Positions 37,236-49,734 of a DNA stretch of 64,000 bases are shown in pieces. Origin of the DNA: Octopus sinensis (taxonomy: Eukaryota); NCBI RefSeq assembly GCF_006345805.1, contig NC_043012.1:33232001-33296000 (forward strand), read 5' to 3'. A program made the translations under genes and the position numbers. How positions within the stretch are numbered: the first letter of the stretch is position 1; every line of letters starts with the position of its first letter. The notes under the pieces are model-generated. The model was not told where the DNA came from and made no database searches. It saw only the letters and a list, made by a program, of their open reading frames with translations.

Positions 37236-38469
37236 TTGTTGCAGTTAAGCCACTAGTGTGCCATCCAATGTACTGGGAATGTCTATAATCTTGTGTGGAT
37301 ATGTGGTTGTAATAGTGGTAGCAGCAACAGCAGCTGTAGAAGCAGCAGGACATATTGTTTAAATCGTTGTTATTGTTATTTAAACTTACGCCTACTCTGA
37401 TAGATCAGACCTACGATGAAAGGTATTCCAGCCACGATCTTCTAAATATTTATTTTTATCTTCACATTCTCAGCGTTTCTCTATAATGGCGTGTTATCAA
37501 CATTTTCGAAATGACTCTCTGTTGGACTATCACAACTTGAAATTACCGAGAACCTAAAAGCATCGCACGAACCTTTTAATAGTCAAATGTGGATTGCAAA
37601 AATGTTCTAAAATATTACAGACATAACTGTGAGCAGTCTTAAAGAGGAATGAAAGGGTGTTGCATAATTTTCTATACATATTTCGTACATGTCAGGAAAG
37701 TACCAGAAGAATGCTCTAAAATAAATGGTTTTCTTAGTAAGCCTAAAATTGAAAAGAAGAATCGAAGAATCTATTCATTTGTCTGAAGAAAGGGAAAATA
37801 AAAGAAGAAAACCAAGCGTTAAAGATGGAAATGAATTTCGAACAAAGATATATACTTGAAGTATAAGCGGTATCAAATTCTACTTCCGGTATTACGTTTT
37901 CTTTGAGTTTTTCTTTTTTTAACATTCAACACTAAACTGTATTAGTCAGAGAAGAGAAATAAAGTGTTAAAAGTATAATGGAATCAAGATCTTCAACATC
38001 TTCTTAGAGAATTCAATTATAATATTTCTTCATTATCGTTCTTCAGTTAAATACAGATATTTTATTTCACTTGTCTCACTTTGTTTTTCACAATTGATTA
38101 GACGTTAACACTTAATTAGTCCATCATGATGAAATAGTGGTTCTACATATCATCTCATTACACTGCCTATATCAATTACTCTATATACAACTCGACATAT
38201 TACTTTAAATTCTATCAGTTCACACCGACGGAATATTGCTCTACCATCATCTAAAGTGCAGTCTCGGAGATTAACGAATGTTTCACGATAATTCATCTAA
38301 TAATCAATTTTCATTCGAGAGGTTCACGTTCTGTCTACTACCTATAAAAGATGTTATATATTACATTTGACCCTAGATTGTTTATTATTACCATCATAAT
38401 ACGGGCTGGCTAATTCCTTTACTTCAATAATCTTAGCTATGTTATTTGTGGCTGAGTTTGTAAATTTAA

Positions 38470-40905
38470 CATATATACTAAAAATAAAGGTACATATATA
38501 CTGAAAATGAAATTAAATATATACTAGAAATAAAGGTACATATATACTGAAAATTAAATTAAATATATACTAAAAATAAAGGTACATATATACTGAAAAT
38601 GAAATTAAATATATACTAGAAATAAAGGTACATATATACTGAAAATGAAATTAAATATATACTAAAAATAAAGGTACATATATACTGAAAATGAAATTAA
38701 ATATATACTAGAAATAAAGGTACATATATACTGAAAATGAAATTAAATATATACTAAAAATAAAGGTACATATATACTGAAAATGAAATTAATATATACT
38801 AGAAATAAAGGTACATATATACTGAAAATGAAATTAAATATATACTAAAAATAAAGGTACATATATACTGACAATGAAATTAAATATATACTAGAATAAA
38901 GGTACATATATACTGAAAATGAAATTAAATATATACTAAAAATAAAGGTACATATATACTGAAAATGAAATTAAATATATACTAGAAATAAAGGTACATA
39001 TATACTGAAAATGAAATTAAATATATACTAAAAATAAAGGTACATATATACTGAAAATGAAATTAAATATATACTAAAAATAAAGGTACATATATACTGA
39101 AAATGAAATTAAATATATACTAAAAAAAAGGTACATATATACTGACAATGAAATTAAATATATACTAGAAATAAAGGTACATATATACTGAAAATGAAAT
39201 TAAATATATACTAAAAATAAAGGTACATATATACTGAAAATGAAATTAAATATATACTAGAAATAAAGGTACATATATACTGAAAATGAAATTAAATATA
39301 TACTAAAAATAAAGGTACATATATACTGAAAATGAAATTAAATATATACTAGAAATAAAGGTACATATATACTGAAAATGAAATTAAATATATACTAAAA
39401 ATAAAGGTACATATATACTGAAAATGAAATTAAATATATACTAGAAATAAAGGTACATATATACTGAAAATGAAATTAAATATATACTAAAAATAAAGGT
39501 ACATATATACTGAAAATGAAATTAATATATACTAGAAATAAAGGTACATATATACTGAAAATGAAATTAAATATATACTAAAAATAAAGGTACATATATA
39601 CTGACAATGAAATTAAATATATACTAGAATAAAGGTACATATATACTGAAAATGAAATTAAATATATACTAAAAATAAAGGTACATATATACTGAAAATG
39701 AAATTAAATATATACTAGAAATAAAGGTACATATATACTGAAAATGAAATTAAATATATACTAAAAATAAAGGTACATATATACTGAAAATGAAATTAAA
39801 TATATACTAGAAATAAAGGTACATATATACTGAAAATGAAATTAAATATATACTAAAAATAAAGGTACATATATACTGACAATGAAATTAAATATATACT
39901 AGAAATAAAGGTACATATATACTGAAAATGAAATTAAATATATACTAGAAATAAAGGTACATATATACTGAAAATGAAATTAAATATATACTAGAAATAA
40001 AGGTACATATATACTGAAAATGAAATTAAATATATACTAAAAATAAAGGTACATATATACTGAAAATGAAATTAAATATATACTAAAAATAAAGGTGCAT
40101 ATATACTGAAAATGAAATTAAATATATACTAAAAATAAAGTACATATATACTGAAAATGAAATTAAATATATACTAAAAATAAAGGTACAATATACTGAA
40201 AATGAAATAAATATATACTAGAAATAAAGGTACATATATACTGAAAATGAAATTAAATATATACTAGAAATAAAGGTACATATATACTGAAAATGAAATT
40301 AAATATATACTAAAAATAAAGGTACATATATACTGAAAATGAAATTAAATATATACTAAAAATAAAGGTACATATATACTGAAAATGAAATTAAATATAC
40401 TAAAAATAAAGGTACATATATACTGAAAATGAAATTAAATATATACTAAAAATAAAGGTGCATATATACTGAAAATGAAATTAAATATATACTAAAAATA
40501 AAGGTACATATATACTGAAAATGAAATTAAATATATACTAAAAATAAAGGTACATATATACTGAAAATGAAATTAAATATATACTAGAAATAAAGGTACA
40601 TATATACTGAAAATGAAATTAAATATATACTAGAAATAAAGGTACATATATACTGAAAATGAAATTAAATATATACTAAAAATAAAGGTACATATATACT
40701 GAAAATGAAATTAAATATATACTAAAAATAAAGGTACATATATACTGAAAATGAAATTAAATATATACTAAAAATAAAGGTGCATATATACTGAAAATGA
40801 AATTAAATATATACTAAAAATAAAGGTACATATATACTGAAAATGAAATTAAATATATACTAAAAATAAAGGTACATATATACTGAAAATGAAATAAATA
40901 TATAT
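38470..40905. repeat. 46-bp minisatellite, about 53 units, made of two related 23-bp halves
   Basis: Unit CATATATACTGAAAATGAAATTA-AATATATACTA(A/G)AAATAAAGGTA. Confidence 0.95.
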
Positions 40906-40909
40906 AGGG

Positions 40910-41455
40910 AAGGGGAAGCACCACATATCGAGCAGAGGTCAGCAATGCCTGTGCGCAGTTTCAGGTCCAATAAAGCTTGCACGACACCTCATATACCTTC
41001 TCCACTGTATTGACATTATCCAGAGACAAGCCAGAGTGAGATGTCTGGTGCCAATATGTGTCGCAGGCTCAGGGATGTGGGAGCGCCATGATCTCAAGCA
41101 CAAACCAAAGATCCCTAAAATGTCCAATGCCATTCCCTGCATATCTAGTTTTATATCAGAGTGGCCTTCTCCTAGAGACATGCTTCAACAGAAACTGAGG
41201 GGTGCCTCACTCCCAGTGATCTTTCAGCACGCCGGACACCATCTCGGAATTTCTGCGTACCCGTGCTATTGCTGGGCAGCCGTTGAGCCTGCACTAGGGT
41301 CATCCGACCTTTCAACAGGTCTTGATTTTAATCTACCAGGGTAGCCTGTTGGGAGTGCCAGTTTAGTCGTCGACAACCCGACCATGCAACAGGTTGTACT
41401 GGATTCCATCTTACCAGTAGCTCTTATTAGAACCTCATAAGAGACCTGACAAGAA
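40910..41455 (-). mobile_element. Probable decayed LINE 5' region (family uncertain)
   Basis: GC-richer patch next to (CATA)n, with no clean ORF. The assignment is by general resemblance only. Confidence 0.25.
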
Positions 41456-42449
41456 CATACATACATACATACATACATACATACATACATACATACATAC
41501 ATACATACTTGCATACATACACACATACATACACACACATACACGCACATATTGTATATATATATTGCCTTTCTTTTATAGTGCTTGTGCATGCATATAC
41601 AGCTGCGTGCGCACATACACGCGAGTGCTGTCCAAATCTTCCGACCAATCACATACAGCTAGCTGGCATTCAATTGGTGTATCAAGTTTCGGGCATTTTG
41701 ATTGGGTTTTGGATAGAAAATTCACAAAAAAGTCACTTCTATTGATTTTTTTAATGGCTTTGCGGGGTGACTGGGGAAATGTAAAGATGTGCACGACCAC
41801 CCTTGGACGGTTTTGAATGACCATAGAAAGAGCCCTCTAACTGAAAAATTGTGGATTTGTATAAAGGATACACACACAGACATTTTGCCGTTTATATATA
41901 TAGAGAGAGATTATTAAATGCAAATAAATTTTCAAGTAAAAAAAAGCAAAAAAAAAACTGACAGAGTAATATAAACAATGTGTTTGGGATTATTATATAC
42001 AGTATTTCCGTGATTAGAATTCAACTAATTAGCCAGCAAATGGGAGCTCTATTTCTATTGCAACATCACGTCTCCTTCTTGCATATCGATATATATTTAC
42101 CGTGCGCATGCTTAATAAGATATTGACTTAGCGCCTTTATTATTGGTTAAAAGGTGGAAGTTAAGCCAATTATAAGTATTTTATACTTATAATTTTATAA
42201 AAATTAATATTCTGTATAAATCTATAAATCTATAAATATATGAATTCATTTGAATGTTTAGATATTATTTGCAGTCAGTCGTCGCGATTATGGCTGTCTA
42301 TAGTTTTGGCATGGCTCAATAAGCTTTCTCCATATTGGTTGGTTTTTCGCTTGGGCTTGCCATTTATTATGGTCAATTACTGTCACTTCATATTCCTTTT
42401 TGTAGTAACTTTGAATCCCAGTCTAGATCTTCCATGATTTCTTTTTCCC

Positions 42450-44340
42450 TTGCATAAGTTGGGCGTAAAAGCTTTGTTGTCCATCCTGCGTGCGTTACCC
42501 AACCAAAGTAAATTTCTATCAATGAGAATTCCTATTATGGGAGGCAGACCAGCACACCGTAGAATCCCTTCCTGATCTTGTCAAAGGGAATAGTATTCGT
42601 AATTCGTCGTAGCTGTCTCATCATACATGCATGCAACTTGTCTACTTGAGCTTTATAGATTGTTCAGGTTTCTGCTCCATTCCACAGGAGCGAACGCACT
42701 ATAGCTTGGTGCACCTTACATTTGACATACAAAGAAATGCCTGTTTTCCTTCAGCCCTTCCGGCTGCTTGCCAAATGAAGTACAAGCTTTACTCCTTCTG
42801 TATGTGATTTCCTAGTCCAGTCGTGCAATGAGGTGGTGCTGCCTAAGTATTTGAAAGGCGGCGAGCTGACAGGAACGTTAGCACGCCGGACGAAATGCGG
42901 AGCCGTATTTCGCCTGCCGTTACGTTCTGAGTTCAAATTCCGCCGAGGTCGACTTTGCCTTTCATCCTTTCGGGGTCAATAAATTAAGTACCAGTTACGC
43001 ACTGGGTTCGATGTAATCGACTAAATCCGTTTGTCAGTCCTTGTTTGTCCCCTCTGTGTTTAGTCCCTTGTGGGTAGTAAAGAAATAGGTATTTGAATGC
43101 TTTGTACTGGGCCACTTTCATGTCTAATAATGATGTTTTCTTCTGCTACAGGGGCATTTAGGTTCTTCACGGGTCGGTTTAGGCATTCGGTTTTTTTCTG
43201 ACGTTAATCACTAGGCTGAACTGTTGTGCAGCTCTGGCAAAGTTATCTATCAGTTTCTGCATATCTTCAGCGTTGTGAGCAACCAGTGCACTATCATCAG
43301 CAAACAGCATCTCGCGTATTATAGCCTTCGTAACACGCCTCATTGCTTTATATTGTGCAGTATTGGACAGATCAGCATCATGATGCGTCTGGATGTAAAT
43401 CTCCTCCTTCCAACTCCTTCAGAGGCAACTTTCAACACTGCTGTGAGATAAAAGGAGAACAATGCTGGAGCAAGTACGCACCCTTGTCTAACTTCATTTG
43501 TCACCATAAACTCGCTCGAGGTATTGCTATCTTGTACTACAACTGCCTTCATTCGTTCGTGCAGAGACCTGGCCAAATTGATGAGCCTTCGCGGACATTC
43601 ATGTTTCGTAAGAACCACCCAAAGTCCATCACTGGCTACTGTGTCGAAAGCCTTTGCGAAGTGTATGGACACTGCATAGGCATGTTTTGCTCAATGCATT
43701 TTCCCTGAATTTGGCGAAGATAGAATATCATGTCCACAGTGCTTCTACCGCAACGGAAGTCCCACTGAGTCTCAGGTAAGACATTTGAATAGATATACTC
43801 AGTCTGTTTTACAGAATACGAGTCTCGATCTTCCCAGCTATTGATAGAAGAGCTTTTCCTCGGTAATTTCCACAGTCCCCTCTCCAAACTGTTTGAAGAT
43901 AGGAATGATACCTGCGTCTGTCCAATCTTCTGGAATCGTTTCTGCCCACCAAATCTGGAGCACAATGCTATACAAGTTTTCAAATGAGCTTCGTACCTCC
44001 ATGCTTCCAGATTTCAGCGAGTATGCCACATCATTTGTTTGACTGCATCATTGAATTCCTTGAATATAGGAATGTCATCTAAACATTGATGGTTAGCTAT
44101 TGTGTAGCCTTCCCGAGAGCGGTATAGGTCACAGCCTTTGAGATATTAAGCAGGCTGTCAAAGTGATTGGCAAATCTATCAAGGATCTCCGATTTTTCTT
44201 AGAGTACTGTTTTGCCGTCCATAGATATGAGTCTTGTTGGGCCCCTTCTCTGTGACCCGTATACCTCTCGAAGTCCTGAGTATAAAGCTTTCATGTCGTT
44301 TTTGTCTGCCTAATGCTGTAGGTCTTCAGCTTTGGCTTCC
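42450..44340 (-). mobile_element. RTE-clade LINE reverse transcriptase remnant
   Basis: GFRCGRSTVDMIF-like segment, AKAFDTVASDGLW, VRQGCVLAPALFS, FKYLGS. Many frameshifts. Confidence 0.85.
42856..43088 (+). mobile_element. tRNA-derived SINE, family 2, nested in the RTE
   Basis: TSD GTATTTGAA at 42847-42855 and 43089-43097. Confidence 0.9.
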
Positions 44341-44700
44341 CACCGCGAACGAGAAGCAGTTAAGTGAGAGGACAAGTTCGGCCAGACGAAGGAGTGTGGA
44401 TGTGTCTGGTTGGGTGTTGAGTCGAGGAAATGTTGGAGTGCATGCAGCCCCTCGTGATGAGGGATCACCGTGTATAGACTCTTGGTGTCAAGAGTGAAGA
44501 AGTTTAGAGGGGCCAGGAGGGAAGGAGAAGGAGTTGAACAAACGAAGACTATGGTTGGTGTCATGGATGTGAGAGGGGAGGGAAGCAAGTACACGGTTAA
44601 GATAGCTGGAGATGAGTTCGATGGAGCAGTTACAGGCGGAGACGATGGGGCGGCCAGGATAAAATCGTTAAAGATTTTATCAGTGGCCAGCATATAAAGT
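44340..44700 (-). mobile_element. Penelope-like RT fragment
   Basis: FFTLDTKSLYTVIPHHEGLHALQHFLD, then TLLRLAELVLSLNCFSF in another frame. Confidence 0.75.
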
Positions 44701-44803
44701 AGACCTATAAATAGAGAGATTTATAATAGTATAAAATAGTTATAAGGGCATAGAAGAGACCAGGCCTATACTGAAAATAGATGCTAAATCGTCAAACCAC
44801 TTG

Positions 44804-44836
<33 letters not shown>

Positions 44837-45005
44837 TAATTAAGGACTAAAGAGGGTTATTCTAAAGCCAATACACTGATTTATATATATATGGACGCCT
44901 ATTACATAGATTATTCTATGAAAAATATACCTATACCATCAAGGGAACTATATTCTAAGAAACTTTTAGAGGAGTCTTTTTTCATAGCGTTTTTCAGATG
45001 GCCAA

Positions 45006-45064
45006 ATAACTGAAGAGATGGTGGTGTGGATTTCCTCCTCGGCATCCGAAACTCAGAGTTTTAT
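45006..45064 (+). ncRNA. Type I hammerhead ribozyme motif (slightly degenerate)
   Basis: AUAA-CUGAAGA-GAUG...CAUC-C-GAAA-CUC-A-GAGUU, then UUAU. Confidence 0.55.
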
Positions 45065-45115
45065 CATTTTGAAGTGGTGACAAACATTAGTTCTCACTAT
45101 AGTTACTACTTTTAC

Positions 45116-45168
<53 letters not shown>

Positions 45169-45395
45169 CATACATATATACATACATATATATACATATA
45201 CATACATATATATATATATATACATATATACATACATATATATGCATATATATATACATATATACATACATATATATATATATACATATATACATACATA
45301 TATATACATACATACATATATATGCATATATATATATATATGTGCATATATATGTATATATGTATATATATATATATATATAATATATATATATA

Positions 45396-45447
<52 letters not shown>

Positions 45448-45510
45448 ATATATATGTATGTATGTACCATATAGAAGTTGAAATTGTACATTTTCGTTGA
45501 CATAATATTG

Positions 45511-45816
45511 TCTTAAAGTAAAAAATATTTTTGTCTTAAAATTTTCCCATCAGGCTTTGAAAAGACTGCTACACATACGTGACCCATAATCTTCCTCCAC
45601 AAGTGTAGTGAATTTTTGAAAGAATTATCCCTTGTGCATGAGCATGAATGCAGGAAGCAATTTCTTTTATAACTTCTGATCGACCGTTTCGAATCGATTT
45701 TGGAAAACGATTTTTAAATCTGATTGGCTGAAAATTTCTCATTCATCATATCCTCTTAGAAAATCTCAAGTTTCGACCAATGATTAGAATCTCAAGCGCA
45801 CTTCTTATTTATAAAA
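45511..45816 (+). promoter_or_regulatory. Shared upstream block plus NF-Y-like CCAAT pair and TATA of ORF4
   Basis: 45511-45665 aligns with the block upstream of ORF1-3. TGATTGGCTG 45721-45730, CCAAT 45777-45781, TATAAAA 45810-45816. Confidence 0.5.
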
Positions 45817-45842
45817 CCTAAAAGAAAGCAGGAACAGCTAGT

Positions 45843-46649
45843 ATGTTTCGATCGTTTGTGGGAAATGCTGCAACAGATAGTGTTGATGATTCATATTCAG
45901 AAGATCTGAGCTCTATTGATCCTGAAATGTATTTATGGAGAGGTGTCCTGAAGAAGACACCTGAAGAAGAGACATATGGTATAGTGAATGAACCAGTGGT
46001 ATTTACGGAAAGAGAGATTCCAAATATTGATATAGAGTTTGTTCCTGGATCTTTACCACCATCTGAGGAAGATATAATAATAGAAAGACCTGGAGTGGTA
46101 TTTACAGATGAAGCGGTTCCATATATTGATATAGAATTTGTTCCAGAATCTTTACCATTATCTGAGGAAGATATAGTAATGGAAAGACCTGGAGTGATAT
46201 TTATAGATGAGGCGGTTCCATCTATTGATGTGGAATTTGTTCCTGGATCTTTACCATTATCTGAGGCAGATACAGTAATAGAAAAACCTGGAGTGATATT
46301 TACAGATGAAGCGGTTCCATCTATTGATGTGGAATTTGTTCCTGGATCTTTACCATTACCTGAGGAAGAAATGCTAATAGAAAGACCTGGAGTGGTATTA
46401 ACAGATGAGGTATTTCCTGGATATTTACCATCACCAGTACAATTTCCAGTGAGGTCGATTCCTAAAGAACTTGTGTATGCTAGATTGTCTCCAGATATTG
46501 GAGATCAACCAACTGAAATTGAAGGCATTACACCCTTGGTCATACCTAGAAGTAGATTCCCTAAAATGTTATTTTCACCCCTTGCTGAGCTTTCGTCATC
46601 TGGAGAAGACACTGAAAAAGATATTCCCGAATATGAAACTTTGGCCTAA
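45843..46649 (+). CDS. ORF4: uncharacterised acidic 268-aa protein with about 4.5 x 33-aa repeats; possibly a truncated gene
   Basis: Repeat unit ERPGVVFTDEAVPYIDIEFVPESLPLSEEDIVM. Broken coding-like sequence follows to 46993. Confidence 0.65.
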   Translation: MFRSFVGNAATDSVDDSYSEDLSSIDPEMYLWRGVLKKTPEEETYGIVNEPVVFTEREIPNIDIEFVPGSLPPSEEDIIIERPGVVFTDEAVPYIDIEFVPESLPLSEEDIVMERPGVIFIDEAVPSIDVEFVPGSLPLSEADTVIEKPGVIFTDEAVPSIDVEFVPGSLPLPEEEMLIERPGVVLTDEVFPGYLPSPVQFPVRSIPKELVYARLSPDIGDQPTEIEGITPLVIPRSRFPKMLFSPLAELSSSGEDTEKDIPEYETLA

Positions 46650-46993
46650 TTAAGACACGGAAAAAGATATTTCCGAAGATGACAGTTTGATCGAATTTTG
46701 TGAGTCAATCAATGGAGAAGCATCTGAAAGAGATTGAAAGAGAGGCTGTTTATGTATTACCCGAAGAAGAAAAATGCTTTGGAACATATGAACTACTGAC
46801 TGAACCTCTTATATCTTGGTTCACATCTAACGATTTGTATCCACGTCTTGTCGAGGCTTCACTACCTGAAGACTAAGACATCTCACCATTGCGTACATCT
46901 GAAAGACCTCTTGCTAAAAGGTTTCCACCTTTTGCAGAACTATCCTCATCTGTGGAAGAAACTGATGAGAATTCTGAAAGTATGGCATATTGA
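46650..46993 (+). pseudogene. Disrupted coding-like extension of ORF4
   Basis: DTEKDISEDDSL and RFPPFAELSSSVEETDE echo ORF4 DTEKDIPEYETL and LFSPLAELSSSGEDTE. Contains frameshifts and TAA stops. Confidence 0.55.
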
Positions 46994-47681
46994 ATGAACT
47001 GTTTCTAACCAGAAATCTCGAGAAGTCTGCAAAAATATTAGTTGCTGAACTTTAAACAGAACAGAAGGTCTACTCGAACATATTTCCTTATCAAAACCAA
47101 AAACCTCCCCCACCCTGAATCTACAATAAAAGTGTTCAAATTATTAACATGCATCAAAATTCACTGAGGTCAATCAGGTATCAATAACAAATGTAACAGA
47201 TTCAGTTCAATAATATAGATTGAATAAAATGAAAGCATTCTCGATTCCTATTAGTTTATTTTATTATTTAATTGTTCTCTGAAAAAAAGACTTCTTAGTC
47301 TTCTTCAGTGTAGAATGACAGAAAAAGGTAAATGGTAGCATTCATTATGCTGTTGCTGAAATTTAGATCAGACATGATCCACTGTATCTGGTATCATAAA
47401 GTATTTCCAGTTATGAACATTCAATATTTTTTGTGACACGTACAAGAACTACAGAGGATCATCTTTACGTCTCTGATATAAAATAATAATAATCCTTTCT
47501 ACTAAAGGTACAAGGCCTGGAAATTTTTTTGTTGGAGGAGACTAGCCGATTACATCGACCCCACTATTTCACTGGTACTTAACTTATCCACCCCAAAAGG
47601 ACGAAAGACAAAGTCGACCTCATTGGAATTAGAACTTAGAACGTGGTGACAAACGAAATACCGTAAAACATTTCGTCTGGC

Positions 47682-47837
47682 GTGCTGGAGATGTCGCAGC
47701 CTCAGCGCATGTCTACGCATCATTAGCCACAGCATGCCCAGTCCTCCAGTCAGTAGCTGCTGGCAGCAAATGAATCGTCTGACTAGCGGAACACGTCGCT
47801 TCCCCGGAAAACGGAAGAGCAAGCGCTCCAGTTTCAT
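47682..47837 (-). mobile_element. Tx1/L1-type ORF2 fragment
   Basis: LLFRFPGKRRVPLVRRFICCQQLLTGGLGMLWL...LRLRHLQ. Abuts a family-2 SINE at about 47505-47681. Confidence 0.6.
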
Positions 47838-48087
47838 CCCTTATTCAGGGACCTTTTGAGCGGGATGGGCTACTCACCTGAAGAAAATTCTAACTGGGCC
47901 CCGCTTGTAAAGTCATGCGCTGTTTATCTTGATATGAAATCACCACATATGGTTGTGATGCATGTGCCTGGTGTACCTTTTATCAGACAGGTGGCCTTGA
48001 TGGGTGTACTGGACTTCATATATTTGTACCCCAGTGTCACTTTAATGACGTGCACTGCTCTCTCACATAATAATAGTAATGATGATG

Positions 48088-48165
<78 letters not shown>

Positions 48166-48186
48166 GTAATAATAATAATAATAGTA

Positions 48187-48539
48187 ATGTGGAATCTTAA
48201 AGTAAAAACTGTTCCTGTCATTGTTTATGCCCTGGGTGTGATACAAAAGGGATGACAAACATCTAGACAACATCCCAGGAGAACTGTGTCTCAAGGAAAT
48301 CCAAAAGGTTATGGCTGACAAGTACTGGCCACATCCTTAGAAAAACCTTATTAATTTAAATGTTTGTGTTACATTATATGGAGGTATTTTTTCTACTGCC
48401 CTCGCCACTTCCTCCTCGTCAAGCTTTCAATTATATTTCAACATCTCTTAACCTTCACTTGTCCCAGGGCGCTGGGTGTGTCCGGCAAGTGATTGCTTCA
48501 AACATGCAGATTAAATGTAAAACAACAGTGCTGCTGCTG

Positions 48540-48614
<75 letters not shown>

Positions 48615-49670
48615 ATAACAACAATCCTTTCTACAAGGCCTGAAAATTTTGGATAGGGGACCAATCGATTTGAGCGACCACTGTAAACAACTGATACTTA
48701 ATTTATCGACCTCGAAAGGGAATTTGAACTCAGAACGTAGCGACGGGCGAAATACCGCTAAGCATTTTGTCCAGCGTGCTAACGATCCAATAACAACAAC
48801 AACAACAACAATAATAATAATAATTATTATTATTAATATATCCCAAAACTAAAACGTAGAAGCTATATACCACACTATTCAGAAAATAGTTCTACTAGGA
48901 ACAGCTCACATCCTACGCAAGACACTATCAATTCAATAATACAACCTAAACAAAATAACCCACAAACACAAATCACATTCTATACAGCATTTACCCAATG
49001 AAATAAAATTCCACCAGCAAGCAAATGAACAATGCATTACACACACTCAACACACAATACAAGCAGTAATACAACAAAAGACTGCACCACACCTCAACAG
49101 AAAAAAAACTGATGCAATACAATACCGATAAGAGTTTGCACACTCCCAACAACAGAAAAGAACACACAATTCTGCACACACTCCAGCAACACGGCGGTGC
49201 AGCAGGTGATGCAGTAGAAATTTTCTAAAACTACCAAATGTTGACAACAACAACAGCAACAACAGTTATAATAATAAATGCCCTGTAAATGAATTTGACA
49301 AATTAAGTAAATATAAGGACCTGGAAATTGAAGCACAAAAGATGTGGTATCTTAAAGCAAGAACTGTCCTTGTTATTGTAGGTGCCCTAGGTATGAGAAG
49401 AAAGGTATGTTAGAAATATGTACACAACATCCCAGGACAACCATGTCTCAGAGAAATACCAAATATTATGCTGACAAGTACTGCACACATCCTTAGAAAA
49501 ACTCTATCAATTTAAATGTCTGTGCTGTATTACATAAGATATCTCACTACTGCCCCTGTCACTTCTCCTTTCCAAGTTTTCAGTCATACTGTAGCATCTC
49601 TTATCCTTCACTTGCTCTAGGACGCTGGGTGTGTCTCGGCGAGTGATTGTAACAAATGTGCACATTAAAC
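48187..49670 (+). mobile_element. Stack of R4/Dong-type 3' ends separated by (AAT)n/(CTA)n/(AAC)n repeats, with a family-2 SINE at about 48640-48790
   Basis: Three RLE C-terminal fragments (MWNLKVKTVPV; QKIVLLGTAHILRKTLSIQ; MLTSTAHILRKTLSI), each with a 3' UTR. Confidence 0.75.
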
Positions 49671-49734
49671 AACAGCAACAAGAAAAACGACGACGACGAC
49701 GACAACAACAACAGCAGCAGCAGTAGCAGCAGCC

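Noticed and set aside
37743-37925. 60-aa hydrophobic minus-strand ORF as an exon of a host gene
   Set aside because: Short, AT-rich, with no family signature or clear splice sites.
38470-40905. CRISPR-like array
   Set aside because: The units are contiguous with no unique spacers, and the context is eukaryotic.
37219-45837. ORF3 spliced to ORF4 (CAG|GTGAAA donor at 37221; frame-compatible CAG acceptors at 45831 and 45837)
   Set aside because: The polypyrimidine tract is weak, and ORF4 has its own copy of the shared upstream block plus CCAAT/TATA, so separate genes fit better. cDNA would settle it.
12706-46649. Endogenous large DNA virus or Polinton origin of the four ORFs
   Set aside because: No polymerase, capsid, integrase or ATPase motifs, no terminal repeats, and the ORFs are widely spaced among host repeats. 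Not fully excluded without a profile search.
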